Shown here: positions 50,731-63,642 of the stretch, one piece after another | How positions within the stretch are numbered: the stretch's first letter is position 1 | How the letters are laid out: each line of letters opens with the position of its first letter | Assembly (NCBI RefSeq): GCF_018977255.1 | Contig: NW_024704742.1 | Coordinates: forward strand, 52,640,001 to 52,704,000 | Direction of reading: 5' to 3' | Length of the DNA stretch: 64,000 bases | Origin: Callorhinchus milii | Lineage: Eukaryota | Position numbers and translations under genes: made by a program | The notes under the pieces: model-generated | Told to the model about the DNA's origin: nothing | Databases searched by the model: none | Seen by the model: only the letters and a program-made list of their open reading frames with translations

Positions 50731-51221
50731 AAGAGTGTGTCTCTCTCCTCTGTCTGTATTGTGTCTCTCTCTTTCTGTGTGTGTGTGTCTCTCTCTGGGT
50801 CTCTGTGTCTGTGTGCAGTGACAGGCCCTGAGAGACAGGAGGTGGTGACCTCCTGGAGCCTCGCAATCAGAAACCTGACCAGCTTGGCGAACAAATCTGT
50901 CTTTTGGAGGATCTACAGGCCCTTTGGGCCTGCACTGGTGCTCCCCCCCTACCCCCCAAGAATGGGCCACACAGTTTTTGTTAAAGAAAGCGTTGATAAT
51001 TTTATTTTTTGCAACAATATAATATGTGTTATTTCCTTATGTTTAGCTTTTCTCAATATAAGTGAAAAAAATTAGATTGACAGTAAAATATACATTAACA
51101 GCACCAATCAACTCCCCGAAATTTTCCACAAAATTTGCTAAATTTCTGCATTTTCCCACAAAGCCTGGTAAATTTCCCTACCTTCTGGGGAAAATATTTC
51201 TGCAATTTTCTGTTGGCCCTG
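50730..51221 (-). repeat. Unclassified interspersed repeat head, copy 2, with CA/GA tract
   Basis: See 28915-29215. Confidence 0.8.
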
Positions 51222-51261
51222 GTAATAAGTCTACAAACTGCACATCTGTATTGGACCTTAC

Positions 51262-51309
51262 CTGTGCCTGATTATTTGCAGTCAGGAAGGAAGAACACAC
51301 ATCATCTAT
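51262..51309 (-). CDS. NMU: NMU exon 3 (IDDVCSSFLTANNQAQ)
   Basis: 48 nt, AG/GT flanked; IDDxCSSFL motif. Confidence 0.93.
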
Positions 51310-51739
51310 CTATAAGAGAGAATTGAGATATTAGCATCCAAGATATCAAGAATGTTCTCAGAACTGCACGTTTGCAGACTGAATTGAATTTGAGTCAAGA
51401 AATAATTAACATCACTAAGTCAGGAATACCTGAGCAATGCAGTTCTCGATCTGATTTAACCTCCATTGACAGAAATTGCTGAAAACATCTTTTTTGTCTG
51501 ACTCACAGAAGAAGATTACAGCAATTTCTAACAAATTGTAGAGGCAGACAGTTGCCTTGGCAAATCAAAACTGTGCACTACTAAGTCAGGACTTTATCAA
51601 ATCTACTACAATGGGTCATACTCCTATTAGATAAGCAATTTCACCAAAAAGGCAACAGTGTCCAAGTGGTGGCCGAGTGTTTGGCCAAGCAATCTATGCT
51701 TGAAAACCAATCTAAAAAAAGGGTGGGTGTGGTCCAAAG

Positions 51740-52600
51740 ATGTGACCAAAGAGAATGTCTTGAGATAGATTTTGAAGGAAGTGAGGGAAGGGGTGAAGTG
51801 AAGGGACTCTGGGCCGGAGATCAGAGAGTAGGGGCAGAAAGGCTGGAGATCCGACCGCGAATGGTGGGGCGGGCACGGCAGGTGACATGAAGCTTGGCTA
51901 GTGCCTGCCAAGCAGATGGAGCACATGGGGTTGGTAGGATTTTAGAATATCACAGAGGTAGGGTGCAGCAAGATCTTGGCGGGATTTAAAAGTGAGGACG
52001 AGGATTTTGAACTCAATCCTCTGGGGAATGGGGTGCCAAAGGAGCCAGAAGAGTATGGGGGCTCACAGAAACTGGTGCGGGAGAGGACACAAGCTGCAGA
52101 GTTCTGAATAGTCTGCAGCTTATGGAGGAGAGAATTGGGAAGTTCAGTGAGCAGAAAATTAGCAAGGTCGAGCTGGGGAGATCAGCAAGGAGTGCATTTG
52201 AGGTATCCAGGCAGGAGGTAACAAACGCATGCACAAGGATTTCAGCTGCATTGGGGTAAGGTACAGTCCAAGGCGGGCAATGTGGTGGTGGTGGAAGAAG
52301 GCGGCCCTGGTCAGGGACCGGATGTGGGAGGGGAAGGACAGCTGGGGGTTGAACTGGATGCCCAGATTGCACACTGGTTCAGTGAATCTGAGGGAGAGCC
52401 CAGGGAGGCTGAGGAGTTCAGATCTGCAGGAGTGAAGACATTGATGGGAGCCAAAGAGTATGGCTTATGTTTTGTCCACATTCAGCTGCAGGAAGTTGCA
52501 CTCATCCAGGCCCTGATGTCTGCCAGACAGGCTGATAGAACATCGGTGGACCTAGAGTTGGTACTGGAGGAGGTAAAGTAGATTTGTGTGTCATCCGCAT
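51740..52600 (-). mobile_element. L2 fragment
   Basis: ADDTQIYF and NLGIQFNPQLSF; same subfamily as 38310-39260. Confidence 0.85.
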
Positions 52601-52689
52601 TCAATGACAATAAAAGATATTTTGCCTTTTGAATCAGATCCATTCTCAATCCAGACTGTTGCCAAACTTGGAAGGAAATTTGGCACAGG

Positions 52690-52910
52690 TAAATAATAAT
52701 AATAATAATAATAATAATAATCCTTGCATTTGATATAGCGCTTTTCACGTCTTCTAGACGTCTCAAAGCACTTCACAGAATATACTGTAAATTGAACTGA
52801 CTGTATATTTGTGGGCGAAACGCAGCAGCCAATTGCACACAGCAGTATCCCACAAACAGTCGTGGATTGGGTGACCAAATTATTATTGTTTTTTTTCTTG
52901 AGAGATTATT
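52690..52910 (-). mobile_element. 5'-truncated tRNA SINE
   Basis: Body and tail. Confidence 0.85.
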
Positions 52911-54122
52911 ATCACAGATGCGTGATTTTGTTAAACATGCATGGTAGACTGCATCAGCCTGCCTGCAGTCTAAATCATAACAGTCTAGATCTGTCCAAGA
53001 AAGGCGTGACCGTAACAGTCACTTGCAAAATGTAGTTACTGCACAGCAATAAATAAAACAATATATCAATATACCGTCATTTCAAGATTTCTGTGGGTAT
53101 GTAATCCCCCCCCATAAATACTACTTTGTGAGAATACTCGACAAGTCCTTGAATGATACTATTCTTAAATCAAGTGTTTTTTGCAGTAAAAGTAGAAGAA
53201 AAGGACAAACTGTTGGAAATTGGGCATTTAATGATGATTGGGGTCATAATGCTTCCCTGTTATCATTCTCTGTTCTCCATCTATACTGCCTGTCATTATT
53301 TGTCATTATAGCGAGTTCATTTTGTTTTCCACATTGTTTCTGGACATAAGATGACTGCAAGGTTGTTACAAATTTTTTTGCAATAACGGGACAGTTCAGG
53401 ACATAAGTATTTAAGTCCGACATTTAGACTGATTAGACAGCAGTCATAGCGAATGATGAGTTTTAAATGAGCACATTTTACTAAACAATTGATGGATCAG
53501 AAAAATGAGAATCAAAGTAATATTCTGCTTTTTAATGCACATTAGTTGCATGGTCACTTAAACATTCGCTTGTTACGCATTTCACAGAATAGGCATCTAA
53601 GAAATAGTGGAAAATATATTATTTTGATTACTGTCCTTAAATGGAGTATAAACATAAGTAGAACATACAACAGTCAAGCAACATGGTGAGCTACGCCATC
53701 AGTCCGAACATCAATGCAAATAAGATTAGCATTTCAGAGAAATATTTAGATAACAGCATTAGCGACGTGGATATTACAAGGCATGTCAAATATGATTAAT
53801 AAAGCATAACAAAACATACGTTTCATTTCTATTTCATGATAGCATATTTGTCTTTCATGCACATCACAAACCAAGCTGTCTTAATGTGGCATTCATGGAA
53901 CTGAAGACAATATACAGTTGCTCTAATTACAATGATGCTTCTCTTCTTGAAATGTACGAAATAAGTAGTCCACAGACTTAATTCAAAAGTACAGTGTTAT
54001 GTAACAAGATTATAATTATTGGACATGATGTGATCCAATAATTTGTGATGAAGATATTCTTTAATTTGATTCTCTGTAACCATGTAGTTTCATTTATTGA
54101 ACTTCAATTTGATTGTCATTAC

Positions 54123-54181
54123 CTCATTCCATAAACGTAACTCCTGATCTACTGGAAGCCCTTGGGATGATGCTGGAACAC
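54123..54181 (-). CDS. NMU: NMU exon 2 (VPASSQGLPVDQELRLWNE)
   Basis: 59 nt, AG/GT flanked; resembles mammalian APILPQGLQPEQQLQLWNE. Confidence 0.92.
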
Positions 54182-55769
54182 CTATAAAATAAATTACATT
54201 CTGGTCCTAAGTATAGGATCAGTTTTGAGATCTCACATCAGCTACCTAAAGTCACAATATCTTCACAGGTGGAGCAAAAGAAATAGAAATCTAGAATGTG
54301 ATTTGAACTCATCTTTTTGACTACTATAAAAGGCAATTGAATACCGAAGTCAATGCTTTTGGTTATAATAATTCATTATTAATTAATTTCAGGGAATAAA
54401 AACGAAACATTGAAGCACTCCGGGATGCTACCCCGCATGAAGTTGTTGTTGTTGAAACACAGCAAAGTACACGTTTTAGTGCGGCTGAAAATTGTTCTAA
54501 CAATGATTCATGACTTGTGACAACAACTCTGGAACCCGGTCATTAATATAGTCAAATAAATAATAGGAAGAATCTTTATATTTTATATTGGTCACCCTCA
54601 TCATGGCTTGATGTAGGACATTTCTGTGCATAAATTGAGTCTCGATTCACCCACAAAATACACACAGATGCACACTTTACAGTATATTCTGTGATGCACC
54701 TCTAGACATCTTGACAACGGTATATGATGCTGTATCAAATGCAAGGATTAAAGGATCAAACAAAAGGATTATATATCTCCTTATCATGTCTCGAAACATC
54801 TCCAAACACATCACTGTATGAAGGGTCAAATCTGAGATTAATTTTCTCTTTCAGATGCTGATTGACCTTCTGTGGAGTCTCAACATTTCTGTTACTATTT
54901 TAGATTGCCAGCATTTGCAATTTTTATTTTTGCAACAGGTCCTTTTGGATTTTTATGAATAAATGATGTATTCATTTTGCACTTGCCCACGAAAAAGGTT
55001 GTTTTGTCTGATGTTTGAAATTACAGTTACGTTACCTGTGAAGGATTGGGACTGCAAGCCAATTTGAAACAGGGATAATTTGACATTTTCTAGCAGAAAT
55101 TGGGCTTACTTTGTGATATTTCCGAATGGGATGTCTTAATAGGGAATCTGAATTTTGCAAAGGCGGATTTCTTCTGGTAACTAACATGTTACACCAACTC
55201 ACAGAAACTCTACTCCATAACAATCCACCTCTGGAGCAGCGTTCCTTGGGGATGGGGAGAATTCTTTAGTTTATTTAAAAAATTCTTATTTTTCAAAAAA
55301 ATACAGAATCAATGAGTAAATTTACAAATACCCATGTACCTATGTTCACCTAAAAATATACAGTAACTACCCTGAACATGCCATTTTAACAATGTAATAA
55401 GGCGCTACATCAAATGCAAGGATTATTATGTTAATAGTACAACTATTTACTGAACAATCTAATTGGCAGGAATTCTAACAAGATTTTGTATTAAGAAATA
55501 CTGTTAAAAATACCTCCAATTAATTATCTTCCACAGTAATAATACTGCAATTGCCTGTCATTACTATTATTATCATTATCAATAAAAGTGACCTTAGTTT
55601 CAGGAAGTAGGGAAGATAAACAATATGAACTGAGACAAAAGTTCTCTTTGTATTTAATATCCACAATTATTTGGACTTGAATGTATCTTTATTCTAAGTT
55701 ATGTTCAAAAATAATCTTAAGAAATTAAGTCAAAGTATTTAGATTCCCCCCTCGACTGTTCAATTCAAG

Positions 55770-56105
55770 GTAATAATAAATAAATAAATAAATAAATAAT
55801 AATCCTTGCATTTGATATAGCGCTTTTCACGTCGGGAGGACATCCCAAAGCGCTTCACAGAACACACTGTAAAGTGAATTGACTGTATATTTGTGGGCGA
55901 ACACAGCAGCCAATTTCGCACAGCAATGTCCCACAAACAGTTGTGGATTGAAAATGACCAATTTATTATTGTTTTTGGAGGGATTATTATTAGGCTCTGT
56001 GTGGAGGAAGGAAACTTGCCCAAGGTTTCGCCCTGACCTGCCTGGGATTGAACTCAGGTCTCTCGCTTGCAAAGCGAGTGCTCTAACCACTGAGCTACAG
56101 GACTC
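55770..56105 (-). mobile_element. tRNA-Ala SINE, full length
   Basis: Near-identical reverse complement of 47463-47784. Confidence 0.93.
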
Positions 56106-57176
56106 CACAATATTAGTTAGTGGAAGTGTTAGCTTGTTCGTACCTTCTTTCTCTCATCATATGGAATTTATATCTAGCCTTGCAGAACTGTGAAACTGCC
56201 AAACTCAACCAACTCTGCCATCATTCTTCATCCAGCAAAGAAGAATTGCCACTAGAATCTGACAATTGGTGGAAAATACAGTCTAATACTGAGAGACCCA
56301 ATTAAGATCTGGTTTGATTTCCATTACACTCACAAAACTATTTCGCCCCATTTTTTATGGGAAAGCTACACACTTTGTCAGACCTTGATATGATAAGAGT
56401 ACTTGCCGAGTTACCATTTAGTCAGTACATGCAGGTGCATACAATAAGGGTTTTACACAGTGCTGTGTTTTACAGTGTTATTCAAAACTTTAGTATTCTT
56501 TACTTCGGTTTTCATTTGACTTACACAATTTCCTTTTGCTAGAATGGATTAATATTTTGCTTAAGAATTGCTGAGCTATTTGGCAATAGTAATTTACAAC
56601 TTTATCTCCAAGACACAGTCGAACATTTGCAAATACAATACTTTCTCACCCTGGGTGGAGGAAAATGCTCTTCCAATTCTAACACTTTGACACTGGATGA
56701 TTAAAACAAATAGCATTGGTAAGAGCTGGAAGTCAAAAGGCACTTGTAGTAATGATACCATTCAACTATTGCCCCGTTTTATCTACACTGTTTCTTCACA
56801 TTATTCCGCAGACATCCCTAAGCTTTGCACAGAACTTTAGAATTCGTGCATGTTCATTTACCCAGTGAATGGCAACCATTTACACCACACCACTGTACTG
56901 TTTCTAAAGGCAAACATAATTCACCTTTTCCTCTTCCAAAACTACACTTATAGTTAGAGTTGCATCCTTTTTGTTTGCATTTTAGAAGATTCCCTGTTTA
57001 ATGTATTTAGTTGAGAAACTGGGAGGGGAGGACACAAGAGTTAAGCATTAATCACACAACCTATCAGGAGTAAAAACAAAGTGGGGAGGGAAATAGTCAA
57101 AGACAAGTTCAACAGTAAAAGCTGGGAAAGTATTGAAAGAAAAAATGCAAAGAAATCTGCAAAGCATTGAGAATCG

Positions 57177-57217
57177 AAGAGAGAGAGAGAGAGGGAGAGA
57201 GAGAGAGAGAGAGAGAT
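57177..57217. repeat. (GA)n microsatellite in NMU intron 1
   Basis: Direct observation. Confidence 0.95.
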
Positions 57218-57362
57218 AACAGGGACGAGGGGGGTGGGAGGAAGAAAACGTGATGGAATAAAAAAGGGGAAAAGAGCAGACAGCAATAACATGAAGGAAG
57301 ACAACACCATCGAGCGGAGTGCTGGGAAAGAGAGACGGTGGGAATGAAAGCACTGGAGGTAC

Positions 57363-57489
57363 CTTGCGAGAAGCAACCCCAGGAGAGGAGCAGGAGTGTC
57401 AGAGTCAGGATGCAAGGAGATGGCTTCATACTGGTGGCTGTGAGCGATGTCTCTCCCTCTCGGTGCAGACACAGACTGGAGCTCCGCAT
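57363..57489 (-). CDS. NMU: NMU exon 1, signal peptide (MRSSSLCLHREGETSLTATSMKPSPCILTLTLLLLSWGCFSQG)
   Basis: Hydrophobic LTLTLLLLSW core; phase-1 donor CAAG|GTACC joins exon 2 in frame. Confidence 0.85.
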
Positions 57490-57539
57490 GATCCTGATCC
57501 TGATCCTGATCCTCAGCCTCAGCCTCAGCCTCAGCTCTG

Positions 57540-57620
57540 GGACCCACTCGCTCACATTAGACTTTTAAACCTCCCATCAGAGGCTGCACGTCAGCAAACC
57601 AGCAGCTCACTCGTCATGTC
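57540..57620 (-). promoter_or_regulatory. Putative NMU core promoter
   Basis: TATA-like TTTAAAAG at 57562-57569 and CRE-like TGACGTG at 57587-57593, ~75-100 nt upstream of the ATG. Confidence 0.45.
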
Positions 57621-57893
57621 TCCCATCGCCGATGGAGGTGTCATTGCTCATTCCCAACTCTTCCCCTCACGTTCACCCACTCTCCTTCCCGATGGCACCG
57701 ACAGTCTGGTTTGCAAACCGCAGCAAAAACAACAACAACAACAACAACAAAAACACACACACCACACCACACACACCACACCACACACACTAAAAGGGTT
57801 TGGTCTCAAATAAACCAGACAGGGCTGTGGTTTGCAATTCGATTCCAGACCGTGCTGATGAAATAAAAGTTCAGTGGTATAGAAAGTACATCA

Positions 57894-58228
57894 AAATAAT
57901 AATAATAATAATAATAATCCTTGCATTTGATATAGCGCTTTTCACGTCGAGAGGACGTCCCAAAGCGCTTCACAGAACACACTGTAAAGTGAATTGACTG
58001 TATATTTGTGGGCGAACGCGACAGCCAATTGCGCACAGCGATGTCCCACAAACAGTCGTAGATTGAAAGTGGCCAATTTAATTATTGTTTTTGTTTTTTG
58101 GAGGGATTATTATTAGGCTCTGTGTGGAGTAAGGAAACTTGCCCAAGGTTTCGCCCTGACCTGCCTGGAATTGAACTCAGGTCTCTCACTTGCAAAGCGA
58201 GTGCTCTAACCACTGAGCTACAGGACTC
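57894..58228 (-). mobile_element. tRNA-Ala SINE, full length
   Basis: Same family. Confidence 0.93.
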
Positions 58229-59522
58229 CACGAATAGCAACTGTCAACCTGGGAAATGATCCTGCAATAAACCAGCCCCTGCAGTGAATTGTTCAGGTCA
58301 ATGCTATGGTCTCGGTTGTGCAAAGGACTTGCAGTGTTTTGCCAAGTACTGGCTGTGCGTTTGGTATTTTGCTGCTGAATGAATATCAACCGCTTTTTGC
58401 AGGGAATTCAAAACGATTGGATTGAGGGGAATGGCTCCTTGTTTCAGTCAGACTGGTGAAGCCAACTTCATCCCCACAACACAGAGCACTGGATGGGGAC
58501 AAACATAGGTGTCTCCTCCTCAAAGCCCTCATAGATTGCTTGTATGGGTCACTTCAGCAATGCCCAGGATACAAAAGGCATTGGAACTGCACTCTGAACC
58601 TGTGTGTGAAAGTCAAACGAATAACTGCAACTTCTCGAAATCTGAATTAACACAGGAAATATCCATTCCCTCCTTAAACTTTCCTGAATCCTGGCCCCCT
58701 ATGGCTTGTGGCTATCAAATCTTGCATCCTGCTGCATATCGCCCACGAAACACACAGTCACTGCACTTTACAGTATCTTCTGTGAAGTGCTTTGAGGCTC
58801 TCTGCTAAGGCAAGATATCAAATGCAAGGATTATTATTATTATTGTTATTACCTAACCTCTTCATCAAAAGAATCCTACCCAACCACCACCCCCCCCCCC
58901 CCCCCCCCACCACAACTGTGCTCAGGCACCCCGTCCATTTCTGTGAAGCGCTTTGAGGTGTTTTCCTACATGAAAGCCCTTTTATAGATTTAAGTTGATG
59001 TTGGCACTGCTCTAACAAAAATCAGGTACTACATCTTTTTCTTAGCCTTATCTTTTTCTTTTTCAACCTTCCAGCCGGAGTACTAACTTCAACAGGAGAA
59101 TACAGTACTGAGCTGTTACCTCCATATTCACACTCCAGTAAAATTAAAGCTATTCATTCAGTAGGTTTGAGTGAAACAATTTAGAATTCTGCTGTAACAA
59201 CCGCAGAGTTCAGGAAAAAAAAGATGTTGGCTTTTCTCTGTATTATAAATCAGTTCCTTTATTTTTCTCATATTTCATGCTCTTATTTAATCCCAAACTG
59301 ACCTCAATATGTCTGCTATGATATTATCCGGAACAATTCACAAATGATGTGCAACCCATTTATAAATGGCTCTATGGTAAAAAAAAACTCAAAATACACA
59401 ATGTATGAATGCAGCACAACATCTGAACGGTACAGCTGCATCTTGGAATCCTGTTAGCACATTTTTCTTTAGAGAAATCATTTACAAGAATAGTTTCTGC
59501 AACATCTGTGGTGTGAATTTCA

Positions 59523-59755
59523 GAACCTGGTTGTTAGTCGATTGACGGATCACTTTTCCGGGTGTAATAATTCCTTCAAAATAAATGAAAATGATTTGGT
59601 CACTCAATCCACGACTGTTTGTGGGACACTGCTGTGCACAATTGGCTGCTGCATTTGGTCCAGAAAATATACAGTCAATTCACATTATTCTGTAAAGCGC
59701 TTTGAGGCTTCTCAAAAATGTGATAAGGCGCTATATCAAATGCAAGGATTATTAT
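59523..59755 (+). mobile_element. 5'-truncated tRNA SINE
   Basis: Body and tail. Confidence 0.8.
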
Positions 59756-60619
59756 AATGAATATTGTCAGTTTGGACAACTTCAGTCAACTTTTGCACAT
59801 AATAAGCAACTCTTTGTAAAAATATGTTTTTCTATAATGCAAGTTTAATTTGAACTTGGATTAGGCATAAGTGATTAATTGGGCTGAGGTAAAATATTTA
59901 AAAAATTTCCTGTTTTAATAACCAGAGGAATCTCAATTTAAGTTTAAAATGCCTTGGCAAATTATTCTGCAGTTATCAACCATACTGAGTAGGGATGGAT
60001 TACCATTCCATGAGCAGGCAGAAATACAAAGGTTAAAGTAACATCTAAAAGGTTATATATGAGATGATACCATTTAAAAGCTACGTGAAAAGTCATGAAT
60101 CACAGCAGAACTGTTTAAGAATACACACTGGACATATTGCCAATTAAGGTGAAAGGGTAGCTTTTTGTCAGCTTCACAGCATTCATGTTTTTGTTTCTTA
60201 CACACCATTTATGTGAAACCTTGAGTTCAGGATGTCATGCTACTCAATTGAGTTTGTCAGAAGAGTTTGCTTTTGCTGCTGAAATACATACAGCTTACAA
60301 GGGAAGTTAAAGCATAACTATAAAATGAATAAAACATCCCTCTTAAACAAAATTAGATATGGGTTTTGGAACACAACAATTCAAACTTATAAACTGAAGT
60401 AACCGACATAGGTCATTTTCAATAACTCTCGATAATAATTACTAATTCAAGACTTCAGTATCATACAATATCTCATAAGATTTTTCTGAAAAAAGACGCA
60501 CACCACTTTCACAAACCCTTATCATGCTAAAACACCTCAAATCCTTGACAGATAAACAGTTTGCTAGTGTATTGTTTTATAGGCAGATGCCATTTGTGCA
60601 GCAATGCCCCAAAACAGTC

Positions 60620-61080
60620 TTGAAGATAATAGAATAGATTTGTTAAAGGCAAGTCTGATCTGACAAATCTAATAGTCTTTTTGACAACATAACCAAGAAT
60701 ATAAATGAAGGTAATGCTTTGGATATGGTACATATCGATTTTCAAAGGTTTTTGATAAAGTACTGCATAAAACACTTTGTTTAAAAAAAAGGTAGGTGCA
60801 GTTAGTAACAGGGATAAAAAGTTGATTAAAGAATAGGAAACAGAGGGTGGGAATGAAGGGTTGTTATACACAATGGAGGGATATAAACAGTGGTGTCCCC
60901 CAAGACATAAACAGATTGATTGATTAGGCAGAGAAATGTCAAATGAATTTTAATGTGGACAAATGTGAGGTTATACATTTTGAGGAGGAAGACTAAGGAG
61001 ACAAGCATATGTTGGTGGGTAAAATATTAAAACGAGTGCAATAGCAAAGGGACTTGGGGGTTAACGTACTTAAATCCTTA
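60620..61080 (+). mobile_element. Old CR1 RT fragment
   Basis: Degenerate GKS.LTNL, DFQK.FDKV, SGVPQ. Confidence 0.7.
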
Positions 61081-61081
61081 A

Positions 61082-61441
61082 ACAGCAACAACAACAACAA
61101 GATTGCATTTATAGAGCGCCTTTCACGTCGGGAGGACGTCCCAAGGCGCTGGACAGTTGGGTTGTGACCCGAGCAGGGGGGAAATGGTCAGGGTGAGGGG
61201 AGGGAAGGGAGGGAGCGAGGAGGGGGTAGAGAGTCGAGAGGGGAGCTGAAGGCACAGTCAAAGAGAAAGGTCTTGAGACCGGCCTTGAAGGAGGAAAGGG
61301 AGGAGGCAAGGCGAAGGCACTGGGGGTTAGAGTTCCAGAGCCTAGGGGCCGATGGTAGGGTGGTTAGGGCGGGGGATGTGGAGCAGACCAGAGGCAGAGG
61401 AACGAAGGGTATGGCAGGTACGTGGGGGGATAGTAGGTCGG
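61082..61441 (-). mobile_element. Young L2 3' tail
   Basis: Matches 14930-15310. Confidence 0.9.
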
Positions 61442-61659
61442 GATTCCATCTTGATACCAAATAGAAATAGCGTCGTGGAGGCTTAGCTTCCCTCCTTTGA
61501 CAGCCCTTTCTCCTTAGAAACAGGAATAGGTCTTTCAGCCTGTCCATCTTCCATTCAATTCCATTAAGTCTATGCTCTTTAATTCTAATTCCCCATCTTT
61601 GTATATGTTGTAATATTCTCATTTACTGAGTACCTACAATGTTTAGCTTTCTTTTGAAA

Positions 61660-61970
61660 AGGCGAAACCTTGGGCAAGTTTCCTTACTCCACACATCTCT
61701 GTTTACCTAGCAGCAGGCAGCAGTAAATAGGAATTCATTGTTAGTCAATTGGTGGATCGCTTTTCGGGGGTAATAATTCCCCCCCTTCCCCTGAAACAAA
61801 ATCGGTCATTCACTCCATGACTGTTTGTGGGACACTGCTGTGTGCAATTGGTTGCCACGTTTTGCTCACAAAATACACAGTCAATCCATTTTACCAGACA
61901 TTCTGTGAAGCGCTTTGAGACTTCTCATTGACAAGATAAGGTGTTATATTAAATGCAAGGATCCTTATTA
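61660..61970 (+). mobile_element. 5'-truncated tRNA SINE, long subtype
   Basis: GGCGAAACCTTGGGCAAG... body and tail. Confidence 0.82.
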
Positions 61971-62102
61971 TAGGTTCTTTCACAACAGGTATCATCCTGG
62001 TGAATTATCACTAGAATTTCTCTAAGGGCAGTACATTTTTCAGTTAGGGCAGTTGTCTATTGTCTTTAATAATAATAATCCTTGCATTTGATATAGTGCC
62101 TT

Positions 62103-62423
62103 ATAATAATAATAATAATAATCCTTGCATTTGATATAGCGCTTTTCACGTCGGGAGGACGTCCCAAAGCGCTTCACAGAATATACTGTAAAGTGAATTG
62201 ACTGTATATTTGTGGGTGAACGCGGCAGCCAATTGTGCACAGCAATGTCCCACAAACAGTCGTGGATTGAAAATGACCAATTTATTATTGTTTTTGGTTT
62301 TTGGAGGGATTATTATTAGGCGTGTGGACTAAGGAAACTTGCCCAAGGTTTCGCCCTGCCTGGAATTGAACTCAGGACTCTCACTTGCAAAGCGAGTGCT
62401 CTAACCACTGAGCTACAGGACTC
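62103..62423 (-). mobile_element. tRNA-Ala SINE nested in an older SINE tail (~62068-62600)
   Basis: Same family; older tail sequence on both sides. Confidence 0.9.
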
Positions 62424-63284
62424 CACAAATATCGACTCTTCTGGACGTCTCAAAGCGCTTTACAGAGTATACTGTAAAATTAATTGACTGTATATTTTGT
62501 GGGTGAAATACGGCAGCCAATTGCCCACAGACGTGTCCCACAAACAGTTATGGATTCAAGTGAGCAATTTTTTTAGTTTTTTTTGAAGGAATTATTACAA
62601 TCTGCTTAACAAAAAGGTTTACTTTAAATTGTAGTGAATTCTATATTGGAATAACATACAGGTAGTTAAAGTTTGTGATTTTCAAAGTGTTCCTTGTGTA
62701 ATTTAAAGCTGGTATTTAATTAAAGCTGTAATTAAAGTTGGCAGCTCCTGTCAAAATGTGTGACTGTCCACCTTCTTGGGACGTCCTCCCGATGTGAAAG
62801 GCGCTGTACAAATGTAATTTGTTGTTGTTGTTGGTATAAATGACCACTAGGTGGAAGTGAAGTACTCAGTAAATTGTGGCTCTTTCAGACAAGTTACTGC
62901 TTTTGATTTCATTTTGAGCCAAAGTTAATATATTTTGTAAATTCTAGCTGCTAGAGTGGATGGTAACTAATCTTATGTTGTTAATTTTTNATTTCCTAGG
63001 CTCAATCAACTAGAGTAGTTGTGGCCAACTTATTTCATTGGCTACCAAAATCAATGTTTCTTGATTGAATATATCTTGATTTATGGTATAAATCTACACG
63101 ATTAATTTGCCATTCCCCTGGCTACATCATGAGGTTTGACTATATTTAAGATCATAGTTCTTGATTCTAAAGTTAATTTGGAGAGAGATATGACTAATGT
63201 TCATTGCTGATTAAGGAGTTCACAGACAGTTGCAGCTGAATTCACTCATTTTTTATATACCTTTTAATGTTAATGTTTTTATGC

Positions 63285-63642
63285 AATAATAATACTCCTT
63301 GCATGTCTTCAAGACATCTTAAAAGTGCTTCACAGAATATACAGTAAAGTGAATTGACTATATATTTGTGGGCAAAGCACAGCAGCCAATTGCGCACAGC
63401 AGGGTCCCACAAACAGTTTTGGAATTAATTGACCAATTTATTATTTTTTTTGAAGGAATTATTACCCCTGGAAAAGTGATCCATCAACCAACTAACAACC
63501 AAGTTCCTACTTATTGCTAGGTAAACAGAGGCGTGTGGAGTAAGGAAACTTGCCCAACATTTCGCCCTGCCGGGAATCAAACCCAAGTCTCTCGCTTGCT
63601 CTAGGCGAGTGCTCGTGCTCTAACCACTGAGCTACAAGACTC
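63285..63642 (-). mobile_element. tRNA SINE, long subtype
   Basis: Head plus the extra CTCTGTTTACCTAGCA...AGGAAC segment. Confidence 0.88.

Noticed and set aside
39835..57489. Alternative identity as neuromedin S
   Set aside because: FLFHYSKT, HPLLQLVP, SRGYFLFRPRN and linkage to PDCL2 fit NMU
57319..57813. 164-aa + strand ORF antisense to NMU exon 1
   Set aside because: Built from DP/QP/Q/HT simple repeats; no recognisable domain
62990..62990. Single N base
   Set aside because: Assembly ambiguity, not biological
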